From Paraspadella gotoi (Eukaryota; Animalia; Chaetognatha): 64,000 nt of DNA. The notes beneath the pieces are model-generated. The model was not told the DNA's origin, made no database searches, and saw only the letters and a program-made list of their open reading frames with translations. Positions 39,301 through 50,900 of this stretch are shown here, piece by piece. The DNA lies in assembly GCA_051294375.1 (NCBI GenBank), contig CM119267.1:7792683-7856682 (forward strand), given 5' to 3'. The position numbers and the translations under genes are program-made. The stretch's first letter is position 1; each line of letters opens with the position of its first letter.

Positions 39301-42300
39301 AAAAATAACTAGTTCCTGCTCGTTTTGTCTTTCATTCGTGACTTTCTCTTCCAAGTTTTTTAACAGTTGTTGCTCCCTCCTATACTGCTCCTTAATCTGT
39401 TGATTAAGTTGTTGATGCATTTGATCTTGATCTTGAAGCTTTAATTTTAAGGATTCTTCAGCTTTTTTCTGTTGCTGAAGCTGTTGCACATAATTTTGTT
39501 TTACTACTTCCAGCTTTTCACGATTATCTTTCCGCAGTTTTTGAATTTCCTTTTTTGATTCCACCAAATCCGATTTGAGGCGAGAGTTTTCCTGGGAGAT
39601 GAAAATGTATATATACAATTATACAATACATAATACATATATCATTATATCTCATATAGTTATTGTTATATTGTATATCACTATATGTTCTTACAATTTG
39701 ATGTTAATTTTAATGTTATATCGAAGGGTTGCTAACAATTGTTTACTTTCGTGACAATAAAAGTCAAACCTCTTCTACTTCTTTAGATCGGCAAAAAATG
39801 TTCGCCTTTTCAGCCTCCAATTGGTTCTGCGTTTGACAGGCAGTAATCAGTTGATGGCGAAACCACTGATTAGTTTCCTTGAACGCATTTATCTTTTGAA
39901 TCATATTGTTCATCTCGGCATCCTTTAGTGTAACTATAATAAAAATTCAATCACAAATGGAAGCTAGTGATTATTTAATTTGTAATATACGTAGAAGCAC
40001 ATACCTCCCTCCACGATAATCTTCAATTTTTTTTCCACCTCGCACGCAACACCCTTTAGGCGCTGCTGTTCAGCGTCCTTTTCCACAGCCTCAATCTTAG
40101 CAATCTCAAGTCGAGAGGCAGCTTCCACCAGTCGCAAATTAGCCTCCTTCAGATCCAACTTTACATCTGCTCCTTGCTTCAAACTCTCCTCCAGTTCTTG
40201 GTAGACTTTCTTCAGCTCCGACTCTAACGATTGCCGCACACGCCGATCCTTTTCGAAATCGTCGAGTAATGGTTGGAATTTCGATTTTAAATTCACGAGA
40301 GGCAGGTTAGACGGTTGGTTGCAAACTGAAGTAATAAAAAGTAACATCTTAAATATATTTATAACATTCTTTCTTTTTAGGTTTTTTTTGGTAATTTCTA
40401 CTTAAGTATAGTATTATGAATATTATTACTAGGAATTTATATTGAGGGTTGACACACACCTTGTACTTCGAATACTTCTCCCAAGTCCGATGAATTGTTG
40501 TCTTCCTTTAAAAGGTCTGATTTAGATGTATGACTTTGATTAGGATCAGTACAATCCTCATCACGATGGATTTGAGTCGAAGAAACGTAATCGCTCGTTT
40601 TTGGAGCCTGAGAGGGTAGAGGCAGCGACGGCGCTTCCATCATGCAGTCAGTGTCCTTAACAGGAGGTGAATGATCCCTAACTATGGGCCTGTCTGTATC
40701 CGTGGAGCGATTTTCGCAGAACATTGAATCTATCAGGTCAGAATGAAAGTTGCCGACGGAAGTGATCGCAAGTGGTTCGTTCAAGAGGGAAGAAGGCTCG
40801 CTGGACTCATGCGGAGGAGAATCAGAGTCCTTTCGTGCGCCATGGGGGGAAGGCTTCAGGGGTTGATCAACGAACGTAGCAGAGGAGTGTGGTCGGAGAG
40901 CATTGGAGTAAACGTCGCAATGGTTCGTCGTCGTGATTATTGATTCGTTGCAATCATTTTTCGGTAAAACTTCGGCACATTGAAAAGAAATCTGTAATGT
41001 CTCTGACTCCTCTAAATTAGATCCGCTGGCTTTTGTCTCGCCGCCAAAGTCACGTGAAGATTTTTTGGGGTCGGATTTCAAATTTTTGTCTTTTTGTCCT
41101 GATTTGGTTTTCTTAAGTTTAAAGTGAACATTTCCGTGCTTGTCTCGCCCAACAGCAACTCCACGACCTTGGTATTTGGAAAGGCCCGCAGGCTTTACGC
41201 TTTGCGATTGGGGAGAATGCTCTTTGATGGATTCTCGGAAGCGCGATGTGACAGGAAACGGAACTAGTGAATCGACCAAACGTTGGTTAGAGTCCGGAAA
41301 GGACATCGAGACGCGAGTTGCTAATTTCTCACCGAACTCTTCGCGATCAACCTTACTGGCTAATTTTGCAGACAACTCCAGCTTATCTTGAGAGAATTTT
41401 TCTCGATGACATTCAAAGGGCTGCGGCAAATTATTATGTTGATTTAATTTGAATAGAATCGCCCTGTAATAGTCCTCCTTTTGAGCTCGATTCTCCTTCA
41501 GCAAACTGCCATCGGTAGCGTTTGATGTATTTTCATCTTGCACTTCCGTCGTAGCCTCATTCCCCTCGTACGGAGCTTCAGTTATCGATCGGAGTTTGTG
41601 CCTGGCGCAAGTGCGGCCGACGCCGGCGGGAGGTTTAAGGGCGGAGACTATCGCAAGACTAGTCGTTTTCCTTGGCGTCTTATCGACCTCGGTTCCCTCG
41701 GCGCCAGTCACCGTGAAAACACTCTCGACTGCAGTTTCTGTCCTCACGGGACGGAAGGAATAATCGTTTGGCGATTCGACGGTGTGGCCAACAACGGAAG
41801 ATACTTGGGCTGGAAAAAAGAAGGGGCGAGGGGTAGGAATGGCGGTCGAGGCAGTAACAACGGAACGGGTAGCGGAGAGAGTTTGGTTGGAGCAAGTAGA
41901 GTTGTCTTTTCCTATTTTCTCAACCAAAGCTTGAGCATTCGAGTCTGAAGGCTGGATAAATACAAACAAAATTCGAGTTCACATTATGCTTCCACTCAAT
42001 TAATGCAGATGAGTTAAAATGTTTTACCGATTTCATTTGCTTCTCAATCGCATAAAAATCAATGAGGGGTTCCGTTTCCTATGAAGAGTAAAATCAAATT
42101 TTGTACATGAAACATGATTTCAAATGAATTATTTACATACAATAGTCAACTATTGTTTGTTTTCCTTTCTTTTCGTTGCGTTATTTGATAATGTAGAAAA
42201 TGAATTATTTGTTTACACACACAATTTACATTTGTGCTGATGAAGGCTTACATTAAAGCCGAAATTTATTTTACATAATAAAAAGTCGTTGTATATAAAC

Positions 42301-42956
42301 AAACAATTCATTTTCTACCTACTATTTTCTACCTACTATTTAAAATTACTAAACAATGTTTGGCCGAATCTCTAAGGATATCAATAGTAGATTTAAATTA
42401 GATAATTTAAGTTTTACTCTTTTAATATTTTTATTAATTTTTATTAAATTTTGTGATAACAAGGACAAGGTGATTGATTTCCAAAAGAAGCACCTGAGGC
42501 GGAGTGGTCTTCAGTCCTGGAATTAAGAAAGAATCGACCGATTTTGTAGCGAGATCGAGTCGAGATTTGAACTGAAGGTCTGCTTCCTTTATTATTCGAC
42601 CTAATAACTGGGGATTCATATTGGCGGAAGGGACACCTTTATGAACGGAAAACATAAAATTAAATAATTGCCTTCTTTAGTATTATCAAATTAGCTCTCC
42701 TGTGCTTAGTTTAGAAAAGTAATTAACAAACGCTTAATCGGTTACTGCTTATTCTTGTTTTTCTTTCGGTGACAATCAAACGCATGGTGATAACTGATTT
42801 GTCAGAAATCAGGTAAAAATAGAAACAAAAAAGAAAGAAAAAAGGTAAAAAACAGAAAAAAAGAAAACAAACATTTTTTATAAAAACTAAAATAAAAATT
42901 TAAGAAATCATGATAAGCAAAAAAGGAAAAAAGGATGAAAGAAAGAAAGAAAGTAA

Positions 42957-43024
<68 letters not shown>

Positions 43025-44332
43025 AAAAAGGGAAAAAAATATTGTGAGAATTGAACAAAGACTGCATCGTGGTGCATACCCAATATTGATTGTTGCAATG
43101 CCAGTGTCTCCAAAGTTCCCAGTGTTGGACGCATTGTATTTTGAACTTTGTCGTCCTCCCCCACGCAATTTTTATGAACCGTCGTCAATGTCGGCCGTCT
43201 TTTCAAGGGACCGGCCGTTCGTTTTTCCCCCACCGAATGCCGTGCATCCGGCTTCGGAGTAGGGCACTCCAAATCAGCCGATTTCCGCCACAGAGGAGGA
43301 TTTCGTGTTGGAGATACGACTCCTTAGAAGAGAAGATAATATTTATAAGAAAAGCGGAAAGCTTAAAATTAAATGCTAAGACGAAATGCCATAAGCTTTC
43401 TTTCTCTTATATTTTGCAATGTGCATCCCATTTCAACGAGCAACTTCAATAGGTAAAAAAAGTTTTGATATTTAGTAATTAAACAGGGAAGTTAAAATTG
43501 AGGTTTGTTTCCGTTAAAAATTTTGACCAGAACTCCCAAATTACTTCAGTATGTAGTAAAGTGAAACCGATAATCGTTAACTGTTATCCTTGACCCACCT
43601 GGATGTGACAAAGCTTGCGGTCGATGCTGCCGAGATAACGCCCAACGGGTCGTTGACGAATGCGGAAGGAAATCGGGATGAAGAAGAAAGCCGCAATTGA
43701 GAGACTCCACTCTTGAAATCGATGAAGCCTCCAGGCAGATATCTGGAAGATGAACCAAAATAAGTATTTTTATACATACGTATATGGAGAAGACAAAAAT
43801 ACTTTACAGCACCTTTTGTGTAGACAGGAATGTCAACTGCGTCACCGACGTGCTTCAAATACTGTTGCTCTTTTTGTTTCAGATCGGTGGATCGACGAAT
43901 CGAAGTCAAAGCCGCCGTGTCCTCGATCAGAGCAGAAATTCCACCCGTCGGATTCCGCTGTAAATTTACCAAAAAAATTTAGCACTGATTTTTATTACAT
44001 TAAAAATCTCTGTGCGGCACTATTTTACATGGTGACAATTTTACAAGCGCCGGTAAAATAACGCTGTCATTTGTAAACCAGTGGTTATTTCATTGATTTA
44101 GAACAAAGTTTGAAGAGAGATTTAACAACGATTTTTATTTCATAGTGAAACGGACATGTTTCGACTCACATACGAGTCTTCTTCAGCGCCAATTCAATTT
44201 GTGAATTTGAAGAGAATTTTGTGCATAAAGAAAGAGAGAGAGAGAGACAGAGCAAAGTTTCCAACACACAGTTTGAGAGAAAGGATAGTCTTCAGTTTTT
44301 TGAGGACAGAGATAGTTTGTGAAAAGAAATTG

Positions 44333-44418
<86 letters not shown>

Positions 44419-46827
44419 CTTGAAAATATAATACATTATGAAATGTACAACAATGTTAAATTTTGGTAAACTTTAATAATAAATAATATCAACAATTAGC
44501 TATCGTAATAAATTCATTGATTTTAAAAATTAGTTGAGTAGAAAATATTAAAGTTATTTATATTTTCAAATTTTATATTGATCAGTTAAGATATGCCTTG
44601 ACAATGAGTGAAAAAAGTTGGCTTGTATTTGTAAAATCGGGTTTCATTTTCTAACTCACTATTTTTTAATTCATTTTTTTTTCAAACTTTTAGTATTTTT
44701 TTAAACAAAGTATTTATTAAGATATTAACAATATTAATATCCTCAGAAAGCCCTTAAAAAATGAAGAGAATGATATACATACGAAAGCTCTAACATAAAA
44801 ATTAAGCTGCCCAGCCTTGGTTCAATTAAGAGAGTCAAAAGTTAATTATCTAAAATTTAAAATCTTTTTTAAAAATATATCTGTTTAAATTATTATAACA
44901 TAAAATATTATTATTTTTATACGTATCATGAAAGAGCCTAAAAAAAAAAGATTTAAGATAGCCAATCACAATTTGATAAAAATCCTAAATTTACCCTCCA
45001 GCTATTGATTTTTGGAAAGATGTCTAGTTTTTGAGTATCCTAATTAAATTAAAGCTGGGCCGGTTAAATTTTATACTATAGTATTTGTACGTATGTCATT
45101 CTCTTTAGATTTGAAAGGGCTTTCAGAAGATAATAATATTAATATTATTTTATTTTAAATTTCTTCAGAAAACTTACTGAAAGTAAGAGAAAAAAATTGA
45201 ATCTAAATCTAAATCCTAATTAAATTAAAGCTGGGCCGGTTAAATTTTATACTATAGTATTTGTACGTATGTCATTCTCTTTAGATTTGAAAGGGCTTTC
45301 AGAAGATAATAATATTAATATTATTTTATTTTAAATTTCTTCAGAAAACTTACTGAAAGTAAGAGAAAAAAATTGAATCTTAACTGATCAATATAAAATT
45401 TAAACACATAAATGACTTTAATATTTTCTACTCCACTAATTTTTAAAATCAATGAAATAACCACTGGTTTGCAAATGACAGCGTTTTTTTACCGGCGCTT
45501 ATAAAATTGTCACCATGTACTTTCGCCGACTGGAACCGAGCCAGTTAGTTATTTTTCTATTCGCATATATTATTATTGTGGTGTGGCGAATCCTAAATTC
45601 GCCTCCCGTATAGCCAGCTGTCGGGAGATGCCTCATACCCCAGGCATCACACATGTCCCTCCATTGCTATTAGTGGTGAGCCCTAATATCGAACACGCAA
45701 CCGCTGCGTACCGTCGCTCACGTGGTCGCTTAAGGGTATGCATCCCACGCCTATGCCCTACTGCTCGCTCACTCTCTAACTATGGCAATGAGTTCGTCTA
45801 CTCTCAAGACAGTCACTCTGGGCTTGAGGACCCCAGTGTGCGGTCTTGGGGGGGGCATGTGTGGCGAATCCTAAATTCACCTCCCGTATAGCTTGGTGAA
45901 ACTCAGCTCATCCCAATGGCTTTGACAGCTAACCACCATGAATTCCGGGTTCAATCCCCTTACGTTTACGCTGGTTAAAGTGTGATGGTGTCGGCATAAA
46001 CACGCCAGTGATATGGGGTGCTCACTGCAGGTCCAAAGCCCTGAGCGCCGGCTGTCGGGATATGCTTTACACCCCAGGCATCACACATGTCCCTCCGTTG
46101 CCATAGTTTTTTAATAATATAAAAAAAAGTTTAGTTAGGGGTAGTTAGGGTTAGGGGTGGTTAAGGTTGACTAAAGTTAGGGGTTATTACGGTTAAGGGT
46201 AGTGACTGGTAACGGTTATGGGTAGTAGGGGTAATATTGAAAAAACTAATTTTTTTTTGTAAAAAAATTGTTTTACATTAATGCTCATATTTATAACTTA
46301 ATTTAGTATTATAATTTATAATAATATAATACTGATAATAATACTAATAATATAATTTATAATATAAGAAACAGAAAAAACTTCTAACCGGGAAAATCCT
46401 AAACAATGAATATACAATTTTATCAAAATTGCTATAGATTTTTTAGTTTTTAATATACAATCTTAAGTCGATTACCTACAGTGTCTCATAAAGTTGGTGG
46501 TGGTATTGTTGTCTGTAAGATACTTTCTGTTAACTGCAAAAATGATTTTAAGGAAAAGTAATTTTTTATTTTACTAAGCGGAGTCATTTCTGCACAGTGC
46601 ACCAAACTTTTTTCGATTGAACCAACGATCATACGATGCTATTTTCAACCAAGCGTTTTTACCTTCAGGACTAAACCTCCACAAGGTCTTTCTCGATCCG
46701 AGCACAGCAAGGACATAAGCTGCTTAATCTCAACGTCGAGCTTGGAAGTCTCGTCGTTGGTGCCCAAGGAAGAGCAAGAGGAAGAAGGCAAGAAAATGAT
46801 GGAAGTTGAGTTTAAGAGAGGAGCCAT
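36344..46827 (-). CDS. Large uncharacterised protein with Ser-rich disordered N-half and coiled-coil C-half (multi-exon; first and last exons uncertain)
   Basis: Phase-consistent exons 46827-46663 (probable first), 43958-43813, 43742-43598, 43323-~43060; 510-codon exon ~41953-40460; heptad-rich exons at 40326-40005, 39591-39202, 38542-38335 and 37406-37316. No family recognised. Confidence 0.6.
37580..38030. mobile_element. Palindromic MITE related to the interior of the 11867-12595 element
   Basis: ggactatcgaggcgattttcaatattttacccctgagctgagatacagggccc resembles 11988-12040, with an inverted counterpart near 37930-38000. Confidence 0.6.
42155..42335. mobile_element. Penelope-like remnant with hammerhead core
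   Basis: catttgtgCTGATGAaggctt-acatta-aagccGAAA at ~42230-42264; inverted arms gtagaaaatgaatt/aattcattttctac; minus-strand tail gcaacgaaaagaaagga at ~42163-42179. Confidence 0.6.
42936..43027. repeat. (GAAA)n microsatellite
   Basis: Direct tetranucleotide run. Confidence 0.95.
44100..44512 (-). mobile_element. Penelope-like 3' fragment with a minimal hammerhead ribozyme and (GA)n tract
   Basis: 11-bp TSD ttcattgattt (44089-44099 and 44513-44523) splits the MITE TIR; hammerhead at 44149-44190 on the minus strand; (GA)n at 44338-44416. Confidence 0.7.
44149..44190 (-). ncRNA. Minimal type I hammerhead ribozyme motif
   Basis: ggcg CTGAAGA a gactc-gtatgt-gagtc GAAA CATGTC cgtt: both catalytic boxes, perfect 5-bp stem II, palindromic ACATGT stem III, GUC cleavage triplet and a short stem I ggcg/cgtt. 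Confidence 0.65.
45582..46105 (+). mobile_element. TRIM (miniature non-autonomous LTR retrotransposon) with tRNA-like LTR; 5' LTR internally deleted
   Basis: Direct repeats 45582-45671 and 45860-46105, both starting TGTGGCGAATCCTAAATTC and ending CATCACACATGTCCCTCC.TTGC.AT; PBS-like TGGTGAGCCC at 45674; G-run PPT at 45848-45855; Pol III B-box GGTTCAATCCC at 45948-45958. Confidence 0.75.
46128..46232 (+). repeat. Degenerate TTAGGG-like tract inside a CTTTCGCCGAC-family MITE that starts at 45520
   Basis: ttagggttaggggtggttaagg... tract; left TIR ctttcgccgactgg at 45520; a similar interior occurs at 47025-47100. Confidence 0.6.
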
Positions 46828-47004
46828 CTCTTCTCCTTCGTCTTCCGTATTAATAAAATAAAAATCATCATAATTATGATGATTACGGCCATAAAAAGAA
46901 GAAGTAAGCCGGAAATGTTTGCATTAAAAAAAGTAAAAAAAAAAAGAAAATATATTTTTAACGAGTTAATCTTTAATACTACAATTCTACTGAGGTTACT
47001 TTTA

Positions 47005-47178
47005 CTTTCGCCGACCGGTAATAAGGGGGATTAAGGGTGGTTTAGGGGGTGATTTAAGGTTAGGAGGGGTGGTTAAGGTTAAACGGGTTTAGGGTTAAAG
47101 TAATTAGATAAAAAAAATTGTTTAATAAATATTTTTAAATGGTTATTCAAAAGATACTAAAACCACGGTCGGCGAAAG
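47005..47178. mobile_element. MITE with TIR CTTTCGCCGACCG and telomere-like interior
   Basis: 13-bp perfect TIR with TA flanks; interior ttaggg/ttaagg repeats. Confidence 0.8.
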
Positions 47179-47939
47179 TAAACTTTTGCCTTCTACTTTT
47201 CCCATTCTCAAGACTAATCGACAAACAAAAAACTATTTCAACGAATTTTTATGGAATTGGTCCAACTAAAATAAAAAAAATTATCCATTTATTCAATAAA
47301 ATAATTATTAAACTATCAATGATAGTATCATGCAAGATTTTAATCAACGCTCTATCTACTCTACCAGTTCCAGAGAACCTGGGTTCCTTAATAATAGAGG
47401 CTTATAATGTGTTTAGAATTGTGACAATTGTATTTTAATAAAAACAATATCACTAATCCGGAATAAACATAGCACTAGCTAATCTGCACCTTCCGTGCAA
47501 TACTATTTCATTCTGTTTTTAACTCTAGCTGTATCAGTAAGCTAATCTTCTTCCATAGTTGGATGTAGATGTAGATAACTTAAGAAATTATAATGTATTT
47601 AAACAAAACGTTGTCAAAACAGCAAAACAAAAACACCGAAAAGATGAAAAAAGAGCAAGAGTGCTCCACCTGCTCTTAGATGAACGATAATGTATTTTTA
47701 GTCCTCACCAATTTACCTAATAAAAAAGCATTAAATATATTTTTTTCGAATAAACTAATATTTTAAAATAATATATCAATAGAGGTTTGATGGTATTATA
47801 ATTATCAATATAGTAAAATGAATAGATGAATAACTTATGATGTTTCTTATTGAAAAATGCATACTTTGTAAGAAAAGAAGGACCTAAGAACACATTTCTC
47901 GACGGTTACATGTGTTGTGAAATGAAAAAGCTAAATACT

Positions 47940-50900
47940 TCAGAATTCCTTGGATACATCCTTATCTTGTTCTACGATAAGCAGTAGTTTTTGAAGTAAA
48001 ACAGTCGCTTTGTTCGTTATTTTGGTTAAACTTGGGTGGGAGTTTCCAACGAATATGAGGTAAACAGGGAGGCCGGTTGACATAATTCCCAAACCGATAA
48101 GACTGTCCATGAATTTTTGATAGACTAAAATTATAAAGAGAAAAGTATTATTTAGTAAACAATTATAGGAAGGATTGAGTTTTACTTTTAGACTTAGAAA
48201 AGAGATAAATCAAAATTTGAAAAAACGCACCTGTCAGTATGATGAGCAGGATAACGTAAATCAGCATTGCCACTGGGAGAGCCAGCGGTGTTTTTATGGG
48301 CCGATTCATCTCTGGTCGCTTGATGCGCAGGTACAACAACCCACAGAGCGTGACTGAAAAAAATAAAATCAATATTAATGCGATCGGATTTGATGCAGAA
48401 CTTCATTCCGCTTGAAGTTGTTGGAGTTTTTTTGACATGTTTTTGTCATGTGTATTAGGGTGGAGTGATGAAAAGATTGAGTGATTGAACATTATTTTTT
48501 TGCTGCCTATGGACATATAATTAATAAATTTTAAATCCTTTTAAAAATTTTTTTAGCATAACAGTATAACAAATTCAATTATTTATATAGTAATATCTTT
48601 ATAAAATCGTAAAATTTCAAAATAATTTTTTTTTATTTTTAAGAACTGATTTGGATTCGCTATAAAAAACTAAGAAACTTTTATAAAATATGTTATATGA
48701 TATTTTAATGTTTAGATCACAAAAAATGATTAAAACGTTTTAACATATATAAGTTTCTACTACAGAGAATAAAAAAGTTAGGAATTTTCACCTTTTTTCT
48801 TATTTTAAATATTGAAGATGACAGAATTTTTGATAACATGTTTTATATTTTTGATTCAACTTTTTATGAAGAATCTGAATCTTTATTAAAAGTTTTATAA
48901 AAGTTATTTTTAAAATTTACTATTTTATAAGGATATTACTACAAATATATATTTTACTATTCTGTTCCCGAGATAATATGAACAAAATATTTTTTGTACT
49001 AGTTAATCATACTATCTCACATCTAAATATCATTGTTCGATCATTCAAATAATTTTTTTGTTCTTGAGTGCTCCACTCTAATGTGTATTGATCTTAAAAA
49101 TCGGTTAGGTGGGTTACTTTAGTTTACCATCCTAAGCGATAATTATGCCTCAACCAAGGCTAGCAAAAGAAAAAAAAGGCAATTCTATAAAAAATATTAC
49201 AGTAAAGATCTAACACGTTAAAGGTATTTTAAAATAAATTCAATTTGGTCGATACAAAAAAAGTTTAGAATTTGAACCCTAAATATCTCGCTCGTCTGTT
49301 ATCCTATAAGGTAAAACTTGGGTTCATTTTAAAGCCTTGACTATGATCTTTTATTTGAGCCATGACGAGGTTTCTACGACAAATATTATAAAAGCTTTAC
49401 TAACATTAAAAAAAATTTTAAAATTATATCTTACAATTTTTTTTGCGTAAAAACTTTTTATTTATTTTTAATTTTATATTTTATTTTTTTACTATGGAAA
49501 CTTTTAAACAGCTAACCCCCCCAAAAAAGCTGTAATTATTGAGCTTCGGAAGGTAGGTTTGTTAAGCTATAGGATAGCCAAAGTTATATTTTTTTCCTAT
49601 TGCCATTTGTAAAGTTATCAACAAATTTAAAAAACTAAAGACCATAAACGAGCTGTAGAAAGTGGGTGGCTGTGTATGTCCAAGAAGAGCGATAACGATG
49701 AGCTAAAAAAACTCGCGATTTAAGACCGTAAGGCTTTTGCAAACCAGTTAAAAAAGTATTGGTTTCTTTCAAAAACGAAATAAAATGCTTTTATCATAAA
49801 TATTATACCTAATTTTGCACACATGTGTAGCGAGAAATGAATGAAATACTCACAAAATATCATTAAGCAAGAGACGAGCCCGTAGTAATTAATGAGGACG
49901 AAGACATCAAAGAAACAGAGGAAGAAGAGAGATAGCAACGCGATGATCATAAGTGCCGGAGCGGGAGTCAGTTTTTTCGAGGATATCATTGCGACCACCT
50001 AAAAGTTAATGGATATAGGAGAGATTATGACGATTTACAAAGAAACAGAGTCTACTGACGGATGGAACTAAAATCATGGTACTATAAAAATCATTTTCTA
50101 TTATGAAGCCTTCTGTAATCTGTATACAACCTGAGGTAAACAACCGTCGCAGGCTCCTTGAAAATAAACGCGAGAGTTTCCGAGGACCTGAGTTAGAATT
50201 TTTTAAATTCAATTATATAACATAATAATAATAATAGAAGGATATATTTTTTTTGGAAAATTGCTCATACCTGACCATTCATAGATCCAAAAACCGAGCA
50301 GGCGACGAAGAGAGGCATGACAACCACAAAGTGTCCCAAAGTTTTCTCAGCAAAAGTGACGGCGACTGCGGTCGATTCGAGCATCTCGGTCGGCGTGAGA
50401 ACCGCGAAATAAGCCACATTAGCCAGAAGATAAAAGAAAGTCGTGATCAACATGCCGATAGCAATAGCCATAGGGAGATTCCTAGGACAAAGACGAAACC
50501 TGGCATTTTCTATGTAATCATAGTTTTATTACAACTACTTCATGCCTTCCAACGTCAAATTTTTATTTAGAACATGGACATTGGCCATGAAGACTTAAGT
50601 TTAAAGGGATCTTTGGAGCGATTTCTTATGACATTATGCATTTATTTTTTTATAATTAAAAACACCTTTCGGGTTTTTTTAGCTCTCCAGTAAGAAAATT
50701 CAAATAGTTCCATCCACCAAAGGCCCAAAAACCAGAGAGTATAGCAATAGCGATAGAACCGGGATCCGTTACAGAATCTTCCCACGCATTATCAAAATTA
50801 GGAGTTTTGCCTGAAACGTATTTTTTAAATAAAACGTTAATTCTTTCAATTAATTTTACAAATAGCCCAGGAAAAAAAAAGACCTGCTCCTATGTAATAC

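Larger units (their letters stand above)
44028..45517. mobile_element. Tc1/mariner-type MITE (~1.5 kb) with long inverted arms, a nested insertion and an internal tandem duplication
   Basis: TIR CATGGTGACAATTTTA...CCAGTGGTTATTTCATTGATTT, TA on both flanks; the left arm resumes at 44513 after the insertion; ~176-bp tandem duplication at 45037-45380. Confidence 0.9.

Noticed and set aside
44160-44230. Apparent captured 5' exon with a GTGAGT donor inside the MITE
   Set aside because: The GTGAGT is part of hammerhead stem II in a TSD-flanked Penelope-like insert.
42802-44436. ORFs with FFLS or ERER repeats
   Set aside because: The repetitive parts are translations of the (GAAA)n and (GA)n microsatellites.
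45583-45891. 102-aa ORF inside the TRIM, or a functional tRNA gene nearby
   Set aside because: The ORF has a GTG start and no gag/pol motifs; the tRNA-like segment lacks a full cloverleaf.
46128-46232. True telomere or chromosome-fusion scar
   Set aside because: Short, degenerate, single-orientation and tied to a MITE family.
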